Source: Alphaproteobacteria bacterium (lineage in GTDB: Bacteria > Pseudomonadota > Alphaproteobacteria > UBA828). Taken from it: a stretch of 64,000 nucleotides of DNA. The DNA lies in contig CBDCQT010000013.1 of NCBI GenBank assembly GCA_965220745.1, forward strand, positions 640,001 through 704,000. The letters run 5' to 3'. Below the pieces are notes generated by a model that was not told the DNA's origin, did not search any database, and saw only the letters and a list, made by a program, of their open reading frames with translations. A program made the translations under genes and the position numbers. Below, piece by piece: positions 29,564 to 38,540 of the stretch (its first letter is position 1; each line of letters begins with the position of its first letter).

Positions 29564-30609
29564 GCCAGTTCGCACAGAAACTCGCGGGCACGTTCCTGCT
29601 CGGGCGCAAGGCCCGTGTGGACGTCTTCCGCATGGTGGCCGATCTGCTGGACGCGGGGTTCTCGCTGGAGCGCGCGCTGGAGATCGCCGCACGGGCGGCG
29701 AAGGACCAGGGTCAGCACGGCAGGGCGCAGCTCCTCGGGGCCTGGCGCAAGGCGCTGCTGGAGGACCGCTTCGCGGATGCCGTTGCAGGAAGCCTGCCGG
29801 CTTCCGAGGCGATGATCTTCCACGCCTATGGGCGCGTCGATGCGGCGATGCTGTTCGCCGCCGCCGCACGCGTCGCGGAGATGCGCGAGCGCCAGATCGC
29901 GGCGGTGTGGAAGGCGCTGGCCATGCCCCTGGTGCTGGCTCTGGGCCTGGTGCTGATGCTCTGGGCCGCCGGCGGCCACTTCATCCCCGTCATCGAGAGC
30001 GTGAGCCCGCCCGAGCAGTGGGGCTCCGGCGCGCGTCTCTTCCGCAGCGTCTCTGTCTGGCTCAACGCCAACACCCTGGCGTTCGGCGCCACGCTCCTGG
30101 GTCTCGTCGCGGCCGTCACGGCCGCGATGGTGGCCTGGACCGGGCCCGGCCGCACCGTTCTCGACAGGATCGCACCGTTCTCGCTCTACCGCACGCTCAC
30201 CGGCTCCGCCTTCCTGTTCGTGACCATGGAGTTCCTGGCGGCGGGCATCGACGTCAACGACCGCACCTTCGAGGCGCTGAAGCGCGCCGCCTCCCCCTAC
30301 GCCCGTCACCGCATCGCGGCGATCCAGGGGCACATGGCGCGGGGCGTGGGCCTCGGGCGCAGCATGGTCATGGCGGGACACGGCTTCCCGGACCCCTCCC
30401 TGGTTCCCGTGGTTGCGGCGCTGGACGGGGCGCCGGGATGGGAGAGGAAGCTCGCGCGCTTCGTGGAGCGCTGGGTGGGGCGCTCGGACGAGCTGCTGCG
30501 CGCTCGCGCTGCGCTTCTCAACGGCACGCTTCTCATTGTGGCGGCACTGGTCATGGGCTCGGGCATCGACGCGATGTTCTCGATCCTGGAACAGGCCGCC
30601 CGGTACTGA
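29560..30609 (+). CDS. pilR: Pilus inner-membrane platform protein (PilR/GspF family)
   Basis: RVDVFRMVADLLDAGFSL, LDRIAPFSLYR, GHGFPDP; three TM segments. Confidence 0.85.
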   Translation: MSQFAQKLAGTFLLGRKARVDVFRMVADLLDAGFSLERALEIAARAAKDQGQHGRAQLLGAWRKALLEDRFADAVAGSLPASEAMIFHAYGRVDAAMLFAAAARVAEMRERQIAAVWKALAMPLVLALGLVLMLWAAGGHFIPVIESVSPPEQWGSGARLFRSVSVWLNANTLAFGATLLGLVAAVTAAMVAWTGPGRTVLDRIAPFSLYRTLTGSAFLFVTMEFLAAGIDVNDRTFEALKRAASPYARHRIAAIQGHMARGVGLGRSMVMAGHGFPDPSLVPVVAALDGAPGWERKLARFVERWVGRSDELLRARAALLNGTLLIVAALVMGSGIDAMFSILEQAARY

Positions 30610-30623
30610 CGGAGGAAAAGGAC

Positions 30624-31271
30624 ATGGAAGGCTTCATCGGCGACGGCAACCGGGCCCTCGACAATCCTGGCCTGAGGCAAGGGGGCGGCGCGGCGCCCGC
30701 TGCGGGGCGCCTGCGGCGCCTGCGCCAGAAACGCTGGCGCCGGGGCTTCAGCCTCTTCGGGGTGCTGCTGGGGCTGACCCTCGCTGCGGTGGCCATCGTG
30801 GGGGCCGTCAGCCTCTACAACGCCGCCCGCGAGTCCGCCAACCGCTCCGAGGCGCTGACCCTGCTCAACCGGCTGCGCGCCAACGTGGAGAGCGTCTTCG
30901 CAGGCGCCCCCTCCTACGGCAACAACACGAACCTGATCGCCACCATCGACCGCAGGGGTGGCATCCCCGACAGCGCACGCACGGTGCGGGGCAACAGGGT
31001 CCAGATCCGCCACCCCTTCGGCGGCCTGGTGAGCGTGACCGGCGGCCCCGGCGGGGCCACCAACCAGTTTCTGATCGTCTTCAACGACGTGGACGACGAG
31101 GTTTGCGCGGCGCTGGGCGACGCCTATGCCGGCCGCACCCGCGCCAGGGCGGGAATCGTGTCGATCACGGTGAACGGCACCACCCTGGCCTCGCCGGTGA
31201 CGGTGGCGCAGGTGACGGCCAACTGCGACGACGGCGCCGGCGCCAACGATATCGGGTTCACCTTCGGATGA
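30624..31271 (+). CDS. pilS: Type IVb major pilin (PilS-like)
   Basis: GGAGG RBS; long basic leader, RRG/FSLFGVLL cleavage site, HPFGG.V.V motif, C-terminal Cys pair. Confidence 0.85.
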   Translation: MEGFIGDGNRALDNPGLRQGGGAAPAAGRLRRLRQKRWRRGFSLFGVLLGLTLAAVAIVGAVSLYNAARESANRSEALTLLNRLRANVESVFAGAPSYGNNTNLIATIDRRGGIPDSARTVRGNRVQIRHPFGGLVSVTGGPGGATNQFLIVFNDVDDEVCAALGDAYAGRTRARAGIVSITVNGTTLASPVTVAQVTANCDDGAGANDIGFTFG

Positions 31272-32470
31272 CTAGGCGAAGCCTGGACATGCGAGGCGCG
31301 GATAGGCGCAGCATGACCATGCGTGGCGTGAGCCCGGGCGGCAAGAAGCCGCTTCGCCGGTACCGTGTGGGCGCAGGCGCGCTTGTAGCGGTGCTGCTTC
31401 TGGCGGCGCTGGCGGGCACCGGGCTTGCGGTCCATTACGCGGCGCAGCATGCGGCGCGGCAGGTGGCGTCGTCCTTCGACGCGGGCCGGGTGTTCGGCGA
31501 ATGGGTGCTGGCGGCGCACCGGGCGAGCCAGGAGCACGACTTCTCGCCGCGCCTCGAGACCGAGCCCGCCTTCGTGCTGACGCCGGCCGCGCTTCGGACC
31601 CTGGGTGCGGCGCCGCCGGGGCTGCCCACACATGCAGGCCGTCTCGCCTCCTTCATGGTCGGCATCATGGAGGACGGCCGCGGAGGACCAGGGAGTTTGC
31701 CTGGACCGGGGCGTTCCCCTGTGGCGATGGCTTTCGGTGTGCTGGAGCCGGCGCGTCCGGAGGCGGCCCCGGCCTTGCGGAGCGGCGCCATCGCCGCCGG
31801 TCTCGCCGCGCTTGCGGAGGCCGGCAGCGCAGAGACGTCGATGGCGGCTCACGTACCTGCCATCGAGGCCGCGCTGGGGCGGCCGCTTGCAGCGGACGGA
31901 CTCTACGTCACGGCGGACGCAGGGTTGCACTACAAGGACGCGGTTCTCTACCGGCGCCCGCAGCCCGGGCGGCCGGGGTTGAACCGCATGGAGACGGCCC
32001 TCGATGCCGGAGGCCACGATGTCACCGGCATCGCGGATGCCGAAGGGTTCACGGCGTCGGTCTCGGGCGACGCAGGCGCCAAAGGCGCCGGCCGCATAAG
32101 CGGCGACGCTGTCGCTGCTGGCCTCGAAGCGGGATCGCTCGAGGCGGGCGCCCTGGGGACGGCCTCGCTCGCCGTGTCGGCCGATCTCCTGGTCGGGCGT
32201 GCGGTGGCGGGGCCGGTATCTGCGGGCTCGGCGGAGGTCAACGGCCGTCTCGAAGCGATGTCCGCCGCCGTCACCGGCGCGCTCACCGCAGACACCTTGG
32301 CCGTGGCCGGCACAGCCTCCGTCTCCGGCCCTTCCTCGGCGCAGACGCTGGCGGGAGAGATGCTGACGGCAAGCGGCACCATGCGATCAGGTCGGATCTC
32401 GTCCACCGGCCTGCACGGTCCCGATGCCTCCATCGGCTCTCTCAGCGTCGGGAGCTGCGGCGGATGCTGA
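31268..32470 (+). CDS. PilV-like minor pilin, paralogue 1
   Basis: Hydrophobic N-terminal helix; LYRRPQPGRPGLNRMETALDAGG motif of the PilV constant region. Confidence 0.7.
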   Translation: MTRRSLDMRGADRRSMTMRGVSPGGKKPLRRYRVGAGALVAVLLLAALAGTGLAVHYAAQHAARQVASSFDAGRVFGEWVLAAHRASQEHDFSPRLETEPAFVLTPAALRTLGAAPPGLPTHAGRLASFMVGIMEDGRGGPGSLPGPGRSPVAMAFGVLEPARPEAAPALRSGAIAAGLAALAEAGSAETSMAAHVPAIEAALGRPLAADGLYVTADAGLHYKDAVLYRRPQPGRPGLNRMETALDAGGHDVTGIADAEGFTASVSGDAGAKGAGRISGDAVAAGLEAGSLEAGALGTASLAVSADLLVGRAVAGPVSAGSAEVNGRLEAMSAAVTGALTADTLAVAGTASVSGPSSAQTLAGEMLTASGTMRSGRISSTGLHGPDASIGSLSVGSCGGC

Positions 32471-32472
32471 CC

Positions 32473-33684
32473 ATGTGCGCAAGCCGCCTTGGCGGCCTCT
32501 CGCAAGGTTCGAACCTTGCGCTGAATCGGCGTCATTGCCTGGGACGGAGCCTTCGGCTCAGTCGGGGGCTGAGCCGGGGACTGAGTCTCTTCGGGTCGCT
32601 GCTGGCGCTGGGGCTGCTGGGCGCGATGGTGCTCGCCGTGGCGCTCTTCTTCGAGAACAGGGCCATGGACGAGCGCGCCCGCCTCGCCGCGCGCCAGCTC
32701 ACCGTGCTCTCCGACGCTGCTGCGAGCCACGTCAGCGGCCGCTTCCCCGCGATGCTGACCGCCCTCGGCGGCGGCTCCTCCGAGCTCACGCTGGCCACTC
32801 TTCGAAGCGCCGGCGCGTTGCCTGCCGGCTTCGCGGACGTGGGCGCCATGGGCCGGGGCTACCGGGTGCTCATGCGCGCGGCAGGCGCGGACACCATCGA
32901 CCTGCTGGTGACCCAGACCGTGCCGGCGGGCGGGGCGACGCCGGGATCCACCGAGGTGCCCGCATCGGCGCTCTTCGGGGCCGGCGGCAATGCCAGGATG
33001 GGGGTGGTGCTGCCGGACATCCCTGACCGCCTGACGGGTCCGGCGGTGGACGCCGACATGTCTGCCTTCCAGGCCGCCTTCGCTGGCGCACCTCAAGCGG
33101 GTGCGCTGGCGACGCTCAGGCGTCTCGACCACCGCGCCGTCTACGGCGACCAGCTCTATCGCGTCCCGGTGCCCGGCTTCGCCGGCGCCAACCGCATGGA
33201 GACCGATCTCGACTTCGGCGGCAACGACTTGACGGGTGCGAACGCCATGGAGGCGGACACGCTTGCGCTGGAGAGCGATCTCACGGTGGGCGGCGGGCTC
33301 ACGGTGACGGCGGACCTGATGGTGGGCCGCGCGCTGAACGTCTCCGGTTCGGCCGAGGTGGCGGCCGGGGTCACGGCGCAGACCGCGCGGGTGACGGGCG
33401 CTGCGTCGGCGGGCTCGCTTGCTGTCACACACGATCTGAGGGCGGCCAGCCTGACGGCGCAGGGCGCGTTGACGGCGGGCTCGGCCGGGGTGCGCGGCAC
33501 GGTAGCGGCTGGCAGCGCCTCCCTTGCGAGCCTGCAGAGCGGCAGCGTGACGGCCCGGACGGTGACGGCGACGGAGGTTTCGGCTGCCGGCGCCACGGCG
33601 CGGGCGGTGCGGGCCACGGGGCGTGTCGACGCCGCGGAGGCCGGCTTCAGCCGCCTCACCGTCGGACGCTGCTCGGGGTGCTGA
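32473..33684 (+). CDS. PilV-like minor pilin, paralogue 2
   Basis: RG/LSLFGSLL prepilin site; LRSAGALPAGF; LYRVPVPGFAGANRMETDLDFGGN. Confidence 0.8.
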   Translation: MCASRLGGLSQGSNLALNRRHCLGRSLRLSRGLSRGLSLFGSLLALGLLGAMVLAVALFFENRAMDERARLAARQLTVLSDAAASHVSGRFPAMLTALGGGSSELTLATLRSAGALPAGFADVGAMGRGYRVLMRAAGADTIDLLVTQTVPAGGATPGSTEVPASALFGAGGNARMGVVLPDIPDRLTGPAVDADMSAFQAAFAGAPQAGALATLRRLDHRAVYGDQLYRVPVPGFAGANRMETDLDFGGNDLTGANAMEADTLALESDLTVGGGLTVTADLMVGRALNVSGSAEVAAGVTAQTARVTGAASAGSLAVTHDLRAASLTAQGALTAGSAGVRGTVAAGSASLASLQSGSVTARTVTATEVSAAGATARAVRATGRVDAAEAGFSRLTVGRCSGC

Positions 33685-33697
33685 GAGGGCAAGCGCA

Positions 33698-34132
33698 ATG
33701 AAGACGAGGTTCCTGCTCCTGCCGATCGCCGCCACCCTGGCTGCCTGTCTCTGGACTTCGAGCGCCATGGCGCAGGCCGGGACGATGCCCGCGGGCTTCG
33801 GCACGCACGGGACAGAGAGGCACGCTGGTAGAGGAAATCATTCTCCTGCAGCGCAGCCTGCGGACAGCACCGCCTCCGGTTCCGCGACGGCGCTCCGGCA
33901 GCGGGCGCTCACCGCGATGGAGTCGCTGCGCGAGGAGATCGCGACGCTTTCCGCGCTGAAGAACGCGCAGGCGGCGCTGCTCTCCCTGAACCAGGCGGGT
34001 TTGGAGTCGGGTGAGATGCCCGCGACCCTCGCCGCCGCGCTCTGCGCCGAGCCCGCGCTTGGCGCGTGGTGCCCTCTGCTGCCCGCCACCTTCGGCACCT
34101 CATCCGGGGAGGACGGCCATGACCGCGACTGA
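33698..34132 (+). CDS. Hypothetical exported protein
   Basis: Signal peptide, short coiled coil, Cys pair; inside the operon. Confidence 0.6.
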   Translation: MKTRFLLLPIAATLAACLWTSSAMAQAGTMPAGFGTHGTERHAGRGNHSPAAQPADSTASGSATALRQRALTAMESLREEIATLSALKNAQAALLSLNQAGLESGEMPATLAAALCAEPALGAWCPLLPATFGTSSGEDGHDRD

Positions 34133-35468
34133 CCTCGTTCTGATCGCCCTCGTGCTGACGGCCATGGCGGCAGTCGCCGCGGTGGACGCCCGGCGCGCGA
34201 TCGTGGACCCGCGCCTGGTGCTTGCGCTGGTGGGCGCCGGCCTGCTCTGGCGCCTGTTCGGACCGGTCGAGACCGGGCCGTTATGGACTGGCCCCGCAGG
34301 GGCCGCGCTCGGTGTCGCCGTCGTTGCCGTGCCGATCGCGCTCGCGCAGCTGTGTCGCCGGCGCTGGCCGCTCTTTCCCGGCGATGCGATGATGCTGGGC
34401 GGCCTCGGCTTCGTCCTCGGCCCTCTTGGGCTGGGCTGGTCGCTGCTGGCAGGCGCAACCCTGGCCTCCTTGTACCGCGCCTGGCTCCAGCGCCGCCGGG
34501 GCCGCTCCTTCTTCCGGGGGTACTGCCCGCTCGGGCCCGGCATGATGGCCGGCGCCATGGCGGTGTTCGTGTTCGTGAACGCCGACGGGGCGCTCGCGGC
34601 GGACGAGGCGCAGATACCGCTTCCTCCGCAGCATCCGGCCCTGCAAGACGCACCAGCCCCCACTCCCCCACTTGCGCCATCTCGCCCGGGTGCGAGCGTA
34701 GCGGCCGCCGACACACCCGAGCTCGCGGCATCGGAGCTCGCGCCGGTACGGATGCCGCTGCCGTCTTCGCTCGCCGCCAGGGCAGTCGCGATCGACGGGA
34801 CTGAGCCGCTCGCGTTGGCAGCGATCGCGGAACGCATCGCCACGCTGGCGGGCGTCCCGGTGGAGGTCGAGGAGCGGCCCGCGCGTGTCGCGGGCGGCGC
34901 CGTGCGGCTGCCCGATCCGCCGCGAGTGCGTCTCGCGTTCGAAGGGGCGCTGCCCGGCCTGCTGAACCTCGTCGCGGCGCGCGCCGGCTACGACTGGGCG
35001 TACCAGGGCGATCCCTTGGGCGAGCCTGATCCGCTGGACCAGGGCGATCCCCTGGACCGGCGAGATCTGCTGGACCGGCGTAATGCGCCGTGGGCGGAGG
35101 GCGGAATCGTGTTTTACCGCTACCACGATGTCGAGCAGCGCATGCCCGGCATGATGAGGGCCACCCCCGGAAGCCAGGGGGCGGCTGTCGGCCGCGGCGG
35201 CGATGAGGCCGCAGTCTGGCGCATCGACCGCGAGCGGCACGCGACCTTGCGCGCGGTGCTCGAAGAATGGGGCACGCTGGCAGGCTGGTCGGTGGTGTGG
35301 ACCCCCCGGCGCGACTACGCCGTGCGCGCCGATGCCGCCTTCGAGGGCAGATTCCTCGACGCCGTGGACGGACTGCTGGCGGCACCGGCGACGCGGCGCT
35401 CCCTGGTGGCGCTGGCGTATGAGCCCAACCGCCACCTGGTGATCGAGCCGGCGGGAGGCGTGCGATGA
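34119..35468 (+). CDS. A24 prepilin peptidase fused to TcpQ/PilL-like periplasmic domains
   Basis: AVD.R and PGDAMM aspartates, CPLGPGM; C-terminal TLRAVLEEWGTLAGWSVVW...DY.VRADAAFEGRF. Confidence 0.75.
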   Translation: MTATDLVLIALVLTAMAAVAAVDARRAIVDPRLVLALVGAGLLWRLFGPVETGPLWTGPAGAALGVAVVAVPIALAQLCRRRWPLFPGDAMMLGGLGFVLGPLGLGWSLLAGATLASLYRAWLQRRRGRSFFRGYCPLGPGMMAGAMAVFVFVNADGALAADEAQIPLPPQHPALQDAPAPTPPLAPSRPGASVAAADTPELAASELAPVRMPLPSSLAARAVAIDGTEPLALAAIAERIATLAGVPVEVEERPARVAGGAVRLPDPPRVRLAFEGALPGLLNLVAARAGYDWAYQGDPLGEPDPLDQGDPLDRRDLLDRRNAPWAEGGIVFYRYHDVEQRMPGMMRATPGSQGAAVGRGGDEAAVWRIDRERHATLRAVLEEWGTLAGWSVVWTPRRDYAVRADAAFEGRFLDAVDGLLAAPATRRSLVALAYEPNRHLVIEPAGGVR

Positions 35469-36178
35469 GACCGCGCCATCCAGCCGTTCTCGCCGCGCTC
35501 TGCCTCGCTGTGCCTCTCGCCGGCGGCTGCGCTCCGCTGGGGCTGCAGCTCGGAATTGCCACGGAGGCGTCTCCGCCGAAGGCAAGCGAGAGCCTGAGGA
35601 CGGACCCTGCCGGGATACGGCTCGCCGAGGCGGCGGAGCGCGCGGAGGCGGCGCTGACCGCGCTGGCCATGATGCGCGCGGCAGAGATGCCGCCGCGCCC
35701 TGGCGGCATGCTGGCCGAAGCAGCAGGGAGTTCCCCTGTACCGGGAAGTTCTCCCGTGCCGGCGGAGTTGCTGCGCGCGGTGACGATCGACTGGATCGGC
35801 CCGGTCGAGACCCTGGCCGAGGCCCTCGCGCGACGCGCAGAGTACCGTTTCGTCATGGCAGGCGCGCCATCTGTGCGGCCGGTCATGGTCTCCGTCACGG
35901 TCCGGGACACGCCCCTGATAGAGGTGCTGCGGGACCTCGGCCTGCAGGCCAGCAATGCCGCGACCCTGGTCGTCGATGCGAACGGCCGCACGGTCCACCT
36001 CGACTGGACAGGGGAACACCCTGGTCCAGGGGATCACCCCGGTCCAGGGGATCACCCCGGTCCAGGGGATCACCCCGGTCCAGGGGATCACCCCGGTCCA
36101 GGGAAACACCCCGGTCCAGGGAAACACCCCGATTCAGATGAACGACCCGGTTCGGCGCCGGGGCAGGAGGGAACATGA
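35465..36178 (+). CDS. dotD: DotD/TraH family lipoprotein
   Basis: LAGGC lipobox; VTIDWIGPVE; PLIEVLRDLGLQ. Confidence 0.85.
   Translation: MRPRHPAVLAALCLAVPLAGGCAPLGLQLGIATEASPPKASESLRTDPAGIRLAEAAERAEAALTALAMMRAAEMPPRPGGMLAEAAGSSPVPGSSPVPAELLRAVTIDWIGPVETLAEALARRAEYRFVMAGAPSVRPVMVSVTVRDTPLIEVLRDLGLQASNAATLVVDANGRTVHLDWTGEHPGPGDHPGPGDHPGPGDHPGPGDHPGPGKHPGPGKHPDSDERPGSAPGQEGT
36009..36152 (+). repeat. 18-bp family A tandem array, 8 units
   Basis: CAGGGGATCACCCCGGTC x4 plus variants; encodes GDHPGP repeats in the DotD tail. Confidence 0.95.
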
Positions 36179-37041
36179 CCCGCATGTGCATATTGCTGCT
36201 GGCCCTCGTGTGCCTCGGCGCCGATATCGCCTTCGGCGCGGACGAACCCCCGATGCTGGAAGCGCTGCTGAAAGCAGAGCCGCCGGATGGGGCGGGAATC
36301 GACGACGGCGGTCTCTCCGGAGAGATGCGCGGCTCCGCCATGCGTTTGTCTGCGCTGACCTTCGGCTCCCGCGCAGGACTGGCCCGGCGGGGCTGGGAGA
36401 TCGCCGCGATGCTGGAGCGCCATGCCCACAAGCTCTCCGCCGTCTACCGCTTCCGTGACCTGATGCTGGAGAAGGACGGCTTCACCGTGATGCCGCCGGT
36501 GCTGGCGGAGACCGACCGTGTCTTCCGGCTCGGCCGCGATGGCGCCCGCGCTGCGAGCGCACGCCGTGTCGTTCGCATCGTCGAGCCCGAGCGGATCGTG
36601 AGTGCCGTGCCGCACTGGCGCGAGTTCCTGGTGCGCGAATGGTCCGGGGCCGAGCTGCCGGCGGCGGTGCTGTTCCCCCGCAGCAGTGCCGAGGCCGCGC
36701 GCTGGCGGCGCTGGCTGCGGGAGGGATGGGAGCACGGCACCGCGCTCGTGGACGACATCTTCGCCGCCGACCTCGACCGCCTGAACCGGGTGTTCGAGGG
36801 GCTGGTGCAGTGGCGCCGGGCTTACCTGGCGGGAATGGTCTCGTCGCCTTCGCTCGAGACGGAACGCATCGCTGCGAGCGGCCACGGGCAGCTGGTGCGG
36901 ATCGGGGAGACCCTCGCGCGCCTCGGCCCGCCGGCCCGCTTCGAGCTCCGGCCCCGGCAATGGAAGGCGCTCCCCTACGCCCCTTCGGGCGGAGGCACCC
37001 CTGCGGGTGGAGGCACCCCTTCGGGTGGAGACACCCAATGA
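36175..37041 (+). CDS. dotC: DotC / IncI TraI family T4BSS protein
   Basis: ALTFGSRAGLA, YRFRDLML, VMPPVL, PHWREFL, LREGWEHG. Confidence 0.85.
   Translation: MTRMCILLLALVCLGADIAFGADEPPMLEALLKAEPPDGAGIDDGGLSGEMRGSAMRLSALTFGSRAGLARRGWEIAAMLERHAHKLSAVYRFRDLMLEKDGFTVMPPVLAETDRVFRLGRDGARAASARRVVRIVEPERIVSAVPHWREFLVREWSGAELPAAVLFPRSSAEAARWRRWLREGWEHGTALVDDIFAADLDRLNRVFEGLVQWRRAYLAGMVSSPSLETERIAASGHGQLVRIGETLARLGPPARFELRPRQWKALPYAPSGGGTPAGGGTPSGGDTQ
36980..37036 (+). repeat. 18-bp family B array at the dotC 3' end
   Basis: GGAGGCACCCCTKCGGGT units; GGTPSG. Confidence 0.85.
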
Positions 37042-38243
37042 ACCGTCGCTGGGCGGACGCCGATCACGCCTTCCCGGCCGCAGGGCTGGACCGCTTCCTG
37101 CTCTGGGCCGCCGATCTCGGTGCCTCCGACATCGCCTTCCAGACCGGCTCCCCCGCCTTCATCGAGGTGGACGGCATCCTGCACCGCGCCACCGGCGCGC
37201 GCCTCGACGGCGTCGTCATGGGCAGGCTCTGCGCGCGCATCTTCGATAACGTCCCTTCCGATGGAAGCACCTCTTCGGGTGGCGGCACCGCAGACGGGAT
37301 CCTGCGCTCGGGCAAGGCCATCGACTGCTCCTATGCCGTGGCCTCCGGACCCAGGGAGTTTCGGCGCTTCCGTTGCAACCTGTCGCCGGTCCTCGCCGGG
37401 CAGCGCTTCGGCATCAACATCACCATGCGGGTACTCCCCGACAGCCCGCCCACCCTGGAGGAGCTGGGCGTCGAGCCGGAGGTCGCGGAGGCGTGGGACC
37501 TCTGCCGGGGCCTCACCCTGGTCACGGGCGTGCCGGGCTCCGGCAAGTCGACCCTGCTCGCGGCAGGGACCAGGCGGCTCCTGGAGAGCGGCGCGGGCCG
37601 CATTCAGTCCTACGAGGCGCCGATCGAGTTCGTCTTCGACGGCATCGCCGGCGACGGCGCGCTGATGTCGTCCTCGGAGGTGCCACGCCACTTCCCGAGC
37701 TTCGCCGAGGGACTGAGGTCCAGCCTGCGGCGACGACCTTCGGCTGTGATCGTGGGCGAGGCGCGGGACCGGGAGACGGTCGAGGCGGTCGTGCGGGCGG
37801 CGGACTTCGGGATCGCAGTGTTCGCGACGGCGCACACGGTTGGGGTAGCCGCCGCCATTCGTCGTCTCCTGGCGGAATTTCCGGCGGACGAGCGCCAGGA
37901 GCGCGGCGCGGCGCTGATCGACGTGATGACGCTGGCGGTGACCCAGGTGCTGCTGCCCAACCCGCAGTGCGATCTCACCCCTGCGGGTGGGCGCACCGCA
38001 ATCCGCGAGTGGCTGCGCTTCGACGGCGCGCTGAAGGCACGGCTGATGGAGGCGCCGCAGGAACGCTGGTCCGGTCTGATCGCGGAAGCCCTGCGGTGCA
38101 CGGGAAACGATCTCGCGGCTGGCGCGGAGCGGGCCTTTCGGGAAGGGCGGATCGCCGAGGCGGACAGGCGACGGCTGACGGCTGCCGCCGCAGCCGGTCC
38201 GCAAGCCGCCGAGCCCGGCACGAGAGGGAGGACATGGCAATGA
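37038..38243 (+). CDS. dotB: DotB/TraJ ATPase
   Basis: GASDIAFQTG, RRFRCN, GVPGSGKSTLL, YEAPIEFVFD, SLRRRP...VGEARD. Confidence 0.9.
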   Translation: MNRRWADADHAFPAAGLDRFLLWAADLGASDIAFQTGSPAFIEVDGILHRATGARLDGVVMGRLCARIFDNVPSDGSTSSGGGTADGILRSGKAIDCSYAVASGPREFRRFRCNLSPVLAGQRFGINITMRVLPDSPPTLEELGVEPEVAEAWDLCRGLTLVTGVPGSGKSTLLAAGTRRLLESGAGRIQSYEAPIEFVFDGIAGDGALMSSSEVPRHFPSFAEGLRSSLRRRPSAVIVGEARDRETVEAVVRAADFGIAVFATAHTVGVAAAIRRLLAEFPADERQERGAALIDVMTLAVTQVLLPNPQCDLTPAGGRTAIREWLRFDGALKARLMEAPQERWSGLIAEALRCTGNDLAAGAERAFREGRIAEADRRRLTAAAAAGPQAAEPGTRGRTWQ

Positions 38244-38258
38244 GAGGGGAGACGAGCA

Positions 38259-38540
38259 GTGGAATCGCCGAGCCAGGGGGTTCTCACGTGGCGCGACAGC
38301 ATGCGGCCCGTGCGCTTCTATTTCATCGACGCGCGGCTGCTGGCGCTGTTGATTGTGTGGCTGTTCGTGCCGGCGTGGTGGACGACGGCGGCGGTCGTGC
38401 TCGCGGTTGCAGCGCTCAGGATCGCGGAAGCCAGGGGCTACCGGCTGCACGCGGCGCTGAGGGCGGTACGCGCACGAGCGGCGGGCAGGCGCTCCGCGCT
38501 GCACGCCCGTCGCGTGCGCCGCTTCGTGGATTTCGGGTGA
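38259..38540 (+). CDS. icmT: IcmT/TraK family protein
   Basis: WRDSMRPVRFYFIDAR motif followed by two TM segments. Confidence 0.85.
   Translation: MESPSQGVLTWRDSMRPVRFYFIDARLLALLIVWLFVPAWWTTAAVVLAVAALRIAEARGYRLHAALRAVRARAAGRRSALHARRVRRFVDFG

Noticed and set aside
31268-34132. Shufflon at pilV
   Set aside because: No Rci-like recombinase, no inverted alternative C-terminal cassettes and no sfx-like repeats at the pilV 3' ends
36009-36152. CRISPR array: the units contain GGGGAACAC/GTGTTCCCC, resembling type I-E repeat ends
   Set aside because: Units are 18 bp, directly abutting without spacers, lie inside ORFs, and no cas genes are present
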